Below are positions 42,001-52,185 of a stretch of DNA of 64,000 nucleotides, piece after piece; position 1 is the first letter of the stretch; each line of letters starts with the position of its first letter. The notes beneath the pieces are model-generated. The model was not told where the DNA came from, did not search any database, and saw only the letters and a program-made list of their open reading frames with translations. The translations under genes and the position numbers were made by a program. The stretch is from Eledone cirrhosa. Its lineage: Eukaryota. The stretch covers positions 375,844,001-375,908,000 of the forward strand of contig OZ024742.1 in NCBI GenBank assembly GCA_964016885.1, in the 5' to 3' direction.

Positions 42001-45000
42001 AGTAGAGAGCAGGGAGGTATGGAAGGTCTCCTGTCTATCTAGACACTCAGTAGAGAGCAGGGAGGTATGGAAGGTCTCCTGTCTATCTAGACACTCACTA
42101 GAGTGCAGGGAGGTATGGAAGTTCTCCTGTCTATCTAGACACTCACTAGAGAGCAGGGAGGTATGGAAGGTCTCCTGTCTATCTAGACACTCAGTAGAGA
42201 ACAGAGAGGTATGGAAGGTCTCCTGTCTATCTACACACCCAGTAGAGAGGAGGGAGGTATGTAAGGTCTCCTGTCTATCTAGACACTCAGTAGAGAGTAG
42301 GGAGGTCTCCTGTCTATCAAGACACTCACTAGAGAGCAGGGAGGTATGGAAGGTCTCCTGTCTATCTAGACACTCACTAGAGAGCAGGGACGTATGGAAG
42401 GTCTCCTGTCTATTTAGACACTCAGTAGAGAGCAGGGAGGTATGAAAGGTCTCCTGTCTATCTAGACATTCACTAGAGAGCAGGGAGGTATGGAAGGTCT
42501 CCTGTCTATTTAGACAGTCAGTAGAGTGCAGGGAGGTATGTAAGGTCTCCTGTCTATCTAGACACTCAGTAGAGAGGACGGAGGTATGGAAGGTCTCGTG
42601 TCTATTTAGACATTCACTGGAGAGCAGGGAGGTATGGAAGGTCTCCTGTCTATCTAGACACTCACTAGAGAGCAGGGAGGTATGGAAGGTCTCCTGTCTA
42701 TCTAGACATTCACTAGAGAGCAGGGAGGTATGGAAGGTCTCCTGTCTATCTAGACATTCACTAGAGAGCAGGGAGGTATGGAAGGTCTCCTGTCTATCTA
42801 GACACTCACTAGAGAGTAGGGAGGTATGGATGGTCTCCTGTCTATCTAAACACTCACTAGAGAGCAGGGAGGTATGGAAGGTCTCCTGTCTATCTAGACA
42901 TTCACTAGAAAAGCAGGGAGGTATGGAAGGTCTCCTGTCTGCCTAGACACTCACTAGAGAGCAGGCAGGTATGGAAGGTCTCCTGTCTATCTAGACACTC
43001 ACTAGAGAGCAGGGAGGTATGGAAGGTCTCCTGTCTATTTAGACACTCAGTAGAGAGCAGGGAGGTATGGAAGGTCTCCTGTCTATCTAGACACTCAGTA
43101 GAGAGCAGGGAGGTATGGAAGGTCTCCTGTCTATCTAGACACTCACTAGAGAGCAGGGACGTATGGAAGGTCTCCTGTCTATTTAGACACTCAGTAGAGA
43201 GCAGGGAGGTATGGAAGGTCTCCTGTCTATCTAGACACTCAGTAGAGAGCAGAGAGGTATGGAAGGTCTCCTGTCTATCTAGAGACTCACTAGAGAGAAG
43301 GGAGGTATGGAAGGTCTCCTGTCTATTTAGACACTCACTAGAGAGCAGGGAGGTATGGAAGGTCTCCTGTCTATCTAGACACTCACTAGAGAGCAGGGAC
43401 GTATGGAAGGTCTCCTGTCTATCTAGACACTCACTAGAGAGTAGGGAGGTATGGAAGGTCTTCTTTCTATCTAGACACTCACTAGAGAGCAGGGAGGTAT
43501 GGATGGTCTCCTGTCTATCTAAACACTCACTAGAGAGCAGGGAGGTATGGAAGGTCTCCTGTCTATCTAGACACTCACTAGAGAGCAGGGACGTATGGAA
43601 GGTCTCCTGTCTATTTAGACACTCACTAGAGAGCAGGGAGGTATGGAAGGTCTCCTGTCTATCTAGACACTCAGTAGAGAGCAGGGTGGTATGGAAGGTC
43701 TCCTGTCTATCTAGACACTCACTAGAGAGCAGGGAGGTATGGAAGGTCTCCTGTCTATCTAGACATTCACTAGAGATCAGGGAGGTATGGAAGGTCTCCT
43801 GTCTATCTAGACACTCACTAGAGAGGAGGGAGGTATGGAAGGTCTCCTGTCTATTTAGACACTCACTAGAGAGCAGGGAGGTATGGAAGGTCTCCTGTCT
43901 ATCTAGACACTCACTAGAGAGCAGGGACGTATGGAAGGTCTCCTGTCTATTTAGACACTCAGTAGAGAGCAGGGAGGTATGAAAGGTCTCCTGTCTATCT
44001 AGACATTCACTAGAGAGCAGGGAGGTATGGAAGGTCTCCTGTCTATTTAGACAGTCAGTAGAGTGCAGGGAGGTATGTAAGGTCTCCTGTCTATCTAGAC
44101 ACTCAGTAGAGGGGAGGGAGGTATGGAAGGTCTCCTGTCTATCTAGACATTCACTAGAGAGCAGGGAGGTATGGAAGGTCTCCTGTCTATCTAGACACTC
44201 ACTAGAGAGCAGGGAGGTATGGAAGGTCTCCTGTCTATCTAGACATTCACTAGAGAGCAGGGAGGTATGGAAGGTCTCCTGTCTATCTAGACATTCACTA
44301 GAGAGCAGGGAGGTATGGAAGGTCTCCTGTCTATCTAGACACTCACTAGAGAGTAGGGAGGTATGGATGGTCTCCTGTCTATCTAAACACTCACTAGAGA
44401 GCAGGGAGGTATGGAAGGTCTCCTGTCTATCTAGACATTCACTAGAGAGCAGGGAGGTATAGAAGGTCTCCTGTTTGTCTAGACACTCACTAGAGAGCAG
44501 GCAGGTATGGAAGGTCTCCTGTCTATCTAGACACTCACTAGAGAGCAGGGAGGTATGGAAGGTCTCCTGTCTATGTAGACACTCACTAGAGAGCAGGGAG
44601 GTATGGAAGGTCACCTGTCTAACTAGACACTCACTAGAGAGCAGGGAAGTATGGAAGGTCTCCTGTCTATCTAGACACTCACTAGAGAGCAGGGAGGTAT
44701 GGAAGGTCTTCTGTCTATCTAGATACTCACTAGAGAGCAGGGTGGTATGGATGGTCTCCTGTCTATCTAGACACTCAGTAGAGAACAGAGAGGTATGGAA
44801 GGTCTCCTGTCTATCTACACACCCAGTAGAGAGGAGGGAGGTATGTAAGGTCTCCTGTCTATCTAGACACTCAGTAGAGAGTAGGGAGGTCTCCTGTCTA
44901 TCAAGACACTCACTAGAGAGCAGGGAGGTATGGAAGGTCTCCTGTCTATCTAGACACTCACTAGAGAGCAGGGACGTATGGAAGGTCTCCTGTCTATTTA

Positions 45001-48000
45001 GACACTCAGTAGAGAGCAGGGAGGTATGAAAGGTCTCCTGTCTATCTAGACATTCACTAGAGAGCAGGGAGGTATGGAAGGTCTCCTGTCTATTTAGACA
45101 GTCAGTAGAGTGCAGGGAGGTATGTAAGGTCTCCTGTCTATCTAGACACTCAGTAGAGAGGACGGAGGTATGGAAGGTCTCGTGTCTATTTAGACATTCA
45201 CTGGAGAGCAGGGAGGTATGGAAGGTCTCCTGTCTATCTAGACACTCACTAGAGAGCAGGGAGGTATGGAAGGTCTCCTGTCTATCTAGACATTCACTAG
45301 AGAGCAGGGAGGTATGGAAGGTCTCCTGTCTATCTAGACATTCACTAGAGAGCAGGGAGGTATGGAAGGTCTCCTGTCTATCTAGACACTCACTAGAGAG
45401 TAGGGAGGTATGGATGGTCTCCTGTCTATCTAAACACTCACTAGAGAGCAGGGAGGTATGGAAGGTCTCCTGTCTATCTAGACATTCACTAGAAAAGCAG
45501 GGAGGTATGGAAGGTCTCCTGTCTGCCTAGACACTCACTAGAGAGCAGGCAGGTATGGAAGGTCTCCTGTCTATCTAGACACTCACTAGAGAGCAGGGAG
45601 GTATGGAAGGTCTCCTGTCTATTTAGACACTCAGTAGAGAGCAGGGAGGTATGGAAGGTCTCCTGTCTATCTAGACACTCAGTAGAGAGCAGGGAGGTAT
45701 GGAAGGTCTCCTGTCTATCTAGACACTCACTAGAGAGCAGGGACGTATGGAAGGTCTCCTGTCTATTTAGACACTCAGTAGAGAGCAGGGAGGTATGGAA
45801 GGTCTCCTGTCTATCTAGACACTCAGTAGAGAGCAGAGAGGTATGGAAGGTCTCCTGTCTATCTAGAGACTCACTAGAGAGAAGGGAGGTATGGAAGGTC
45901 TCCTGTCTATTTAGACACTCACTAGAGAGCAGGGAGGTATGGAAGGTCTCCTGTCTATCTAGACACTCACTAGAGAGCAGGGACGTATGGAAGGTCTCCT
46001 GTCTATCTAGACACTCACTAGAGAGTAGGGAGGTATGGAAGGTCTTCTTTCTATCTAGACACTCACTAGAGAGCAGGGAGGTATGTATGGTCTCCTGTCT
46101 ATCTAAACACTCACTAGAGAGCAGGGAGGTATGGAAGGTCTCCTGTCTATCTAGACACTCACTAGAGAGCAGGGACGTATGGAAGGTCTCCTGTCTATTT
46201 AGACACTCACTAGAGAGCAGGGAGGTATGGAAGGTCTCCTGTCTATCTAGACACTCAGTAGAGAGCAGGGTGGTATGGAAGGTCTCCTGTCTATCTAGAC
46301 ACTCACTAGAGAGCAGGGAGGTATGGAAGGTCTCCTGTCTATCTAGACATTCACTAGAGATCAGGGAGGTATGGAAGGTCTCCTGTCTATCTAGACACTC
46401 ACTAGAGAGGAGGGAGGTATGGAAGGTCTCCTGTCTATTTAGACACTCACTAGAGAGCAGGGAGGTATGGAAGGTCTCCTGTCTATCTAGACACTCACTA
46501 GAGAGCAGGGACGTATGGAAGGTCTCCTGTCTATTTAGACACTCAGTAGAGAGCAGGGAGGTATGAAAGGTCTCCTGTCTATCTAGACATTCACTAGAGA
46601 GCAGGGAGGTATGGAAGGTCTCCTGTCTATTTAGACAGTCAGTAGAGTGCAGGGAGGTATGTAAGGTCTCCTGTCTATCTAGACACTCAGTAGAGGGGAG
46701 GGAGGTATGGAAGGTCTCCTGTCTATCTAGACATTCACTAGAGAGCAGGGAGGTATGGAAGGTCTCCTGTCTATCTAGACACTCACTAGAGAGCAGGGAG
46801 GTATGGAAGGTCTCCTGTCTATCTAGACATTCACTAGAGAGCAGGGAGGTATGGAAGGTCTCCTGTCTATCTAGACATTCACTAGAGAGCAGGGAGGTAT
46901 GGAAGGTCTCCTGTCTATCTAGACACTCACTAGAGAGTAGGGAGGTATGGATGGTCTCCTGTCTATCTAAACACTCACTAGAGAGCAGGGAGGTATGGAA
47001 GGTCACCTGTCTAACTAGACACTCACTAGAGAGCAGGGACGTATGGAAGGTCTCCTGTCTATTTAGACACTCAGTAGAGAGCAGGGAGGTATGAAAGGTC
47101 TCCTGTCTATCTAGACATTCACTAGAGAGCAGGGAGGTATGGAAGGTCTCCTGTCTATGTAGACACTCACTAGAGAGCAGGGAGGTATGGAAGGTCACCT
47201 GTCTAACTAGACACTCACTAGAGAGCAGGGAAGTATGGAAGGTCTCCTGTCTATCTAGACACTCACTAGAGAGCAGGGAGGTATGGAAGGTCTTCTGTCT
47301 ATCTAGATACTCACTAGAGAGCAGGGTGGTATGGATGGTCTCCTGTCTATCTAGACACTCACTAGAGAGCAGGGAGGTATGGAAGGTCTCCTGTCTATCT
47401 AGACACTCACTAGAGAGCAGGGAGGTATGGAAGGTCTCCTGTCTATCTAGACACTCACTAGAGAGCAGGGAGGTATGGAAGGTCTCCTGTCTGCCTAGAC
47501 AGTCACTAGAGAGCAGGCAGGTATGGAAGGTCTCCTGTCTATCTAGACGCTCACTAGAGAGCAGGGAGGTATGGAAGGTCTCCTGTCTATCTAGACACTC
47601 ACTAGAGAGCAGGGAGGTATGGAAGGTCTCCTGTCTATTTAGACACTCAGTAGAGAGCAGGGAGGTATGGAAGGTCTCCTGTCTATCTAGACACTCAGTA
47701 GAGAGCAGGGAGGTATGGAAGGTCTCCTGTCTATCTAGACACTCACTAGAGAGCAGGGAGGTATGGAAGGTCTCCTGTCTATTTAGACACTCAGTAGAGA
47801 GCAGGGAGGTATGGAAGGTCTCCTGTCTATCTAGACACTCAGTAGAGAGCATGGAGGTATGGAAGGTCTCCTGTCTATCTAGACACTCACTAGAGAGCAG
47901 GGACGTATGGAAGGTCTCCTGTCTATTTAGACACTCAGTAGAGAGCAGGGAGGTATGGAAGGTCTCCTGTCTATCTAGACACTCAGTAGAGAGCAGAGAG

Positions 48001-49257
48001 GTATGGAATGTCTCCTGTCTATCTAGAGACTCACTAGAGAGAAGGGAGGTATGGAAGGTCTCCTGTCTATTTAGACACTCACTAGAGAGCAGGGAGGTAT
48101 GGAAGGTCTCCTGTCTATCTAGACACTCACTAGAGAGCAGGGACGTATGGAAGGTCTCCTGTCTATCTAGACACTCACTAGAGAGTAGGGAGGTATGGAA
48201 GGTCTTCTTTCTATCTAGACACTCACTAGAGAGCAGGGAGGTATGGATGGTCTCCTGTCTATCTAAACACTCACTAGAGAGCAGGGAGGTATGGAAGGTC
48301 TCCTGTCTATCTAGACACTCAGTAGAGAGCAGGGTGGTATGGAAGGTCTCCTGTCTATCTAGACACTCACTAGAGAGCAGGGAGGTATGGAAGGTCTCCT
48401 GTCTATCTAGACATTCACTAGAGAGCAGGGAGGTATGGAAGGTCTCCTGTCTATCTAGACACTCACTAGAGAGGAGGGAGGTATGGAAGGTCTCCTGTCT
48501 ATTTAGACACTCACTAGAGAGCAGGGAGGTATGGAAGGTCTCCTGTCTATCTAGACACTCAGTAGAGAGCAGGGAGGTATGGAAGGTCTCCTGTCTATCT
48601 AGACACTCACTAGAGAGCAGGGAGGTATGGAAGGTCTCCTGTCTATCTAGACATTCACTAGAGAGCAGGGAGGTATGGAAGGTCTCCTGTCTATCTAGAC
48701 ACTCACTAGAGAGGACGGAGGTATGGAAGGTCTCCTGTCTATTTAGACACTCACTAGAGAGCAGGGAGGTATGGAAGGTCTCCTGTCTATCTAGACACTC
48801 AGTAGAGAGCAGGGAGGTATGGAAGGTCTCCTGTCTATCTAGACACTCACTGGAGAGCAGGGAGGTATGGAAGGTCTCCTGTCTATCTAGACATTCACTA
48901 GAGAGCAGGGAGGTATGGAAGGTCTCCTGTCTATCTAGACACTCAGTAGAGAGCAGGGAGGTATGGAAGGTCTCCTGTCCATCTAGAGACTCATTAGAGA
49001 GCAGGAAGGTATGGAAGGTCTCCTGTCCATCTAGACACTCACTAGAGAGGAGGGAGGTATGGAAGGTCTCCTGTCTATTTAGACACTCACTAGAGAGCAG
49101 GGAGGTATGGAAGGTCTCCTGTCTATCTAGACACTCACTAGAGAGCAGGAAGGTATGGAAGGTCTCCTGTCCATCTAGACACTCACTAGAGAGGAGGGAG
49201 GTATGGAAGGTCTCCTGTCTATCTAGACACTCAGTAGAGAGCAGGGAGGCATGGAAG
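1..49257. repeat. Satellite array A: 48-bp tandem repeat, consensus TGGAAGGTCTCCTGTCTATCTAGACACTCA(C/G)TAGAGAGCAGGGAGGTA, about 1,030 monomers, truncated by the left window edge
   Basis: Uninterrupted head-to-tail 48-bp periodicity runs from base 1 to '...gggaggcatggaag' at 49257. Occasional 39-bp monomers carry 9-bp deletions. Most monomers contain an XbaI site (TCTAGA) and a BsaI site (GGTCTC), and the consensus has no CpG. Confidence 0.99.
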
Positions 49258-49570
49258 TGTGATGGAGGTCCCAAGCCCAATTGAAAGTCAATAGCTCTGC
49301 TTGAGTACTGTCTTAGTTTGTGATGTTTGTGACGACACATCCAATCGTTGCTAGTAGAGAAAACAAACATTACCTGATGATGACGATGACCCTTCCTGTA
49401 TTTTCTATTCACCCTCTACTAACCCAGCTAATGTGAAACTTGAATCTTTTGTCAACCCTGATTATTTTCAAAATTATTTGAAAACAATAGGAAGAGTCTT
49501 TCAGCAGAAATATGATAACGAAAGGATTAAAAAAATATATAGTTTTAGAATAAAGAAAAACAGCAAATAC

Positions 49571-49666
49571 CTTGTATATGTTTTATCTTTTCACAGAGTG
49601 ATTCAAAAGATTCTACAGAATCAAAATATATTGAAGGATCTTCAAGTTCATCATTGAATAATTTTT
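49571..49666 (-). CDS. Internal coding exon (96 bp, phase 1-1) of an unidentified eukaryotic gene: (E)KLFNDELEDPSIYFDSVESFESLCEKIKHIQ
   Basis: The minus-strand acceptor 'ttttcttgtcttttctttaaatttcttttatcttcag|' has a long pyrimidine tract, and the donor is 'CAAG|gtattt'. The exon is stop-free in the frame inherited from the upstream exon and its length is a multiple of 3. It is absent from the ORF track. Confidence 0.75.
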
Positions 49667-49946
49667 CTGAAGATAAAAGAAATTTAAAGAAAAGACAAGA
49701 AAATTCTCAAATTAATAGGAATTAATTGCCAAACACAATCACAAACATGGAGAGCATTTATTTTCAGACATAATTCAGGAATGATATAAATATTTATTGT
49801 GAACTATAAACAAAGAACTTGCCTTAAGAAGCATTGGAAAAATGTTAAAATGTAGTTGCCATAACGAAAATGACTATGATAATAGTCAATTTCTATAAAT
49901 GTTTCTAAAATGAAATTATGTTGGAATATTTTAGTATAAATACAAG

Positions 49947-50204
49947 GAGTAACGTTACTCAAAAGACCCTTTGGAGGAACCCCTTTTTGGTCACTTGTAT
50001 TCGCAATCATATTCTTTTGGTCATTACCCAAGATTCATGACCATAGATAAGGGTTGGCATGAATACTGAAATAAATATAGTGAGTTTGGCTTTCACACCT
50101 GCCTCCCTTCTGGTTACTGAATGCTGAAGCTGACCCATTACTTCACCATCTCCTGTAATTCTTGCACTTAATTCAGCCTCCTGCCTTCCATCACTCATGA
50201 ACAC
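49947..50204 (-). mobile_element. Decayed RTE-clade (Rex3/Expander-like) LINE fragment, region C-terminal to the reverse transcriptase
   Basis: It translates to FMSDGRQEAELSARITG...KAKLTIFISVFMPTLIYGHESWVMTKRI*LRIQVTKKGFLQRVF*VTLL. This matches the recalled RTE motif 'F.S.G....EI..RI...KAKLSIY.S.YVPTLTYGHE.WVMT.R.RSRIQAAEM.FLRRV.G'. In-frame stops show decay. Confidence 0.85.
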
Positions 50205-50234
50205 GGCCTCCTTTTTTCATTATTTAATATATTT

Positions 50235-50337
50235 TCTATCGAGTAACACTACTCTAAAGACCTTTCAGAGGAACCCTATTTCGGTTGCTTGTATTCACAA
50301 TCATATTCTTTTGGTCATTAACCAACATTCATGACCA
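50235..50337 (-). mobile_element. Second, shorter RTE-clade LINE fragment homologous to 49947-50044
   Basis: It translates to GHECWLMTKRI*L*IQATEIGFL*KVFRVVLLDR. It shares 'cttgtattc.caatcatattcttttggtcatta.ccaa.attcatgacca' with the first fragment. Confidence 0.8.
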
Positions 50338-50494
50338 ACCCTTGGGTTAAAAATAATAACAACATCAATGTTTTAAGCATAGAAAGATATTCAACCAACA
50401 ACCATGACTTTCACAACAGTTGCCAGAAGATGTTTTGTTAGCAGATGTCAAACCTTGATTTTGTAAAGAAATCAAAACTAAGTTATTAATATAC

Positions 50495-50737
50495 CTGTCT
50501 GTTTATCTATGTCAATATTTTCTTGGGCAAATTGTTCAGCTGCCCCTAAATGAAGTTTCTCATCAATTTCACATTCCTGTTGAGGTTGTGTAACAATTCC
50601 TGATTCCACTATTTCTTCCAGATGTCTGTCCCTATCACATTCTAATCTATTACAAGTTGTGTCCTGGTGACATGTCTCAGAACATATCTTTGGTGACATC
50701 TCATTCACATAACTTTTACAGAATTGGGGTCCAGTTT
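50495..50737 (-). CDS. Internal coding exon (243 bp, phase 1-1) of the same unidentified gene: TGPQFCKSYVNEMSPKICSETCHQDTTCNRLECDRDRHLEEIVESGIVTQPQQECEIDEKLHLGAAEQFAQENIDIDKQT
   Basis: The acceptor is 'agtttcaattctcttctttcag|' and the donor is 'ACAG|gtatat'. The exon is an 81-codon stop-free stretch overlapping ORF 50478..50708(-) and splices in frame to exon 49571-49666 across an 828-bp GT-AG intron. The peptide is acidic and I recognise no domain in it. Confidence 0.78.
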
Positions 50738-50834
50738 CTGAAAGAAGAGAATTGAAACTTATAGAAAAAATATATAAGAAAGAATAAAAAAAACTAGCAG
50801 GGAATGTAATACAAGTAAAAATCTAAAAGTATAA

Positions 50835-51165
50835 AGTCTTTCTCAGGCAGGTATTTATCGTGGTTTCATTGGTGTTCAGCAACTGAGAGTACAAGACTGC
50901 CTCCTCCTCCTCCCACAGAAAAGACGCCAGTCCATTGCAGGGTTAAACCCCTAGTTACTGCTGGTACTCATTTTCAGCTGAGTATACTGGAACAACAAGG
51001 AGTGCTGGAGTTTCCCTCTAATAATTGTTGAGGCAAGTCAACAACACACTTGCATTGTTACTGCAGGTGATAGTGAAGCTAAGACACTGGAATAGCCAAG
51101 CACTATTGTGGACATCACAAGGATCATGAGCTGAATACCTTAAACACTAACCCATACACCTTCAC
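50835..51165 (-). mobile_element. Degenerate tRNA-derived SINE (CORE/Nin-like central region, cephalopod-like), middle part diverged or interrupted
   Basis: The minus-strand 5' end 'gtgaaggtgtatgggttagtgtttaaggtattcagctcatgat' has a degenerate A-box. Internal motifs 'ccagtatactcagctgaaaatgagtaccagc' and 'aaccctgcaatggactggcgtc...gtactctcagttgct' resemble metazoan SINE central domains recalled from memory. No intact B-box is visible. Confidence 0.6.
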
Positions 51166-51210
51166 ACTAGGAGGTCTAATAAGACTAAATAATGTTTAAA
51201 GTTGTCTCTT

Positions 51211-51567
51211 ATAATAATAATATAATAATAATGAAATTATTGTGTACAGTACTCAGGTGCAGGTATAGTACATAGAATAATGTACAAATGTCAGGGAAAT
51301 GAACAGTGTACGAGTAATGAAATGCATGTGCGTGTGTGTATGGAGGGGGGTATCAGGTATAGTGTTGGTGAATCTCAGGAAGCATGGAGGTTTTAAAGGA
51401 TGCAGTGTCTCGACAGCTAACAACAGATGCAGGTAGTTTGTTCCATGCTTCAGCAACTCTGAGCGTGAAAAATGTTTCAGAAAGTCATGGGAGCTGTGCT
51501 GTTTTCTGACTTTGTTGGCATGCCCACATGTGTTAAACACATGGAAATCAAAAAGGTGCTAGAATGA
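51211..51567 (-). mobile_element. 5'-truncated CR1-type LINE 3' end (ORF2 C-terminus, 3'UTR and (ATT)n tail)
   Basis: The minus strand reads HLFDFHVFNTCGHANKVRKQHSSHDFLKHF, then after a 1-nt frameshift TLRVAEAWNKLPASVVSCRDTASFKTSMLPEIHQHYT* (stop at 51353-51355). This fits the CR1 'TRGH..K.......R..FF..RV...WN.LP..VV.......FK' signature. The tail appears as 'ataataataatataataataat' at 51211-51232. Confidence 0.85.
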
Positions 51568-52049
51568 TCAAAATATTAGTTATTGGGCTAATATCTGTAA
51601 TTAGTACTTCATACTAATTTTTTTATTAGTTTTTTGGGGGGTGACCATTGAATTAAATATATTGATACTTAATTACTGCTCTTGTGACCTTAGCCTCTGA
51701 GAGATTAGTCACCACTCCCAGATGCTTCTCATGTACATCTGATGATTGTGATCGGGTTGTGGAGATTAGCAAGGTATTCTCTCCACCTCACAAAGATGCA
51801 CCTATCTTTAGAGAGGAGAACCCCAGATGCGTTCTTGATAGCAGGTAGCAAGCTGGCAATAGATAATAAAACCTGCTAACAAAAACAGCAGACCTCGTTC
51901 TTGAAGAACTTCTGAACTGATGGGCCATAGGTCTACCTGGTGATGGATGAAGATGAAGATTTAACTAGTGATGACCTTTGTACAGGTACACAACACAGTA
52001 GGTGGAGTAGTAAGATATGAACCTATTGTCATGACTCAAACTTCACAGC

Positions 52050-52185
52050 CATCATGATCATCAACATCATTTTATGTTATGTTGGCATGGGTTGGATGGG
52101 TTGTCATGGTCAGAGGGACCAACCTTGTTGATTACATTCCATTTTTTGGCTTGGTTTCTTACAGCTGGATGTAAACCATCATTAC
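52050..52185 (-). mobile_element. SINE 3' remnant (Meta-domain, cephalopod-like) with a degenerate (GAT)n tail, running directly into satellite B
   Basis: The plus strand reads 'catcatgatcatcaacatcat...tgttggcatgggttggatgggttgtc...ttggcttggtttcttacagctggatg'. This resembles the recalled reverse-strand octopus SINE 'catcatcatc...tgctggcatgggttggacggtttgac...ttggcatggtttctacggctggatgcccttcc'. Confidence 0.55.

Noticed and set aside
6588-44614. Long minus-strand ORFs of up to 2,511 aa as stand-alone genes
   Set aside because: They start at chance GTG variants inside the array, end at recurrent stop or frameshift monomers, and have no promoter or unique termini. Only the flank-connected frame is kept as a hypothesis.
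379-49284. Plus-strand ORFs of (WKVSCLSRHSLESREV)n
   Set aside because: These are readings of a 48-bp satellite whose length is a multiple of 3. They are broken repeatedly by TGA/TAA variants, start at arbitrary variant codons and lie antisense to the real exons.
49374-49500. Possible extra minus-strand exon ending at the strong-looking donor CAG|GTAATG (49374)
   Set aside because: I found no good upstream acceptor giving a stop-free phase-1 entry. The candidate frames hit TAG/TGA or need purine-rich acceptors.
49433-49657. Plus-strand 74-aa ORF (the minus-strand ORF at 49804..50031 was rejected likewise)
   Set aside because: The first is an AT-rich ORF antisense to the 96-bp exon. The second is an off-frame reading of the RTE remnant plus intron.
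51690-51962. Possible additional plus-strand SINE-like element ending in 'gatggatgaagatgaagat'
   Set aside because: The composition and tail are suggestive, but I cannot recognise a family or Pol III boxes. It needs a RepeatMasker search.
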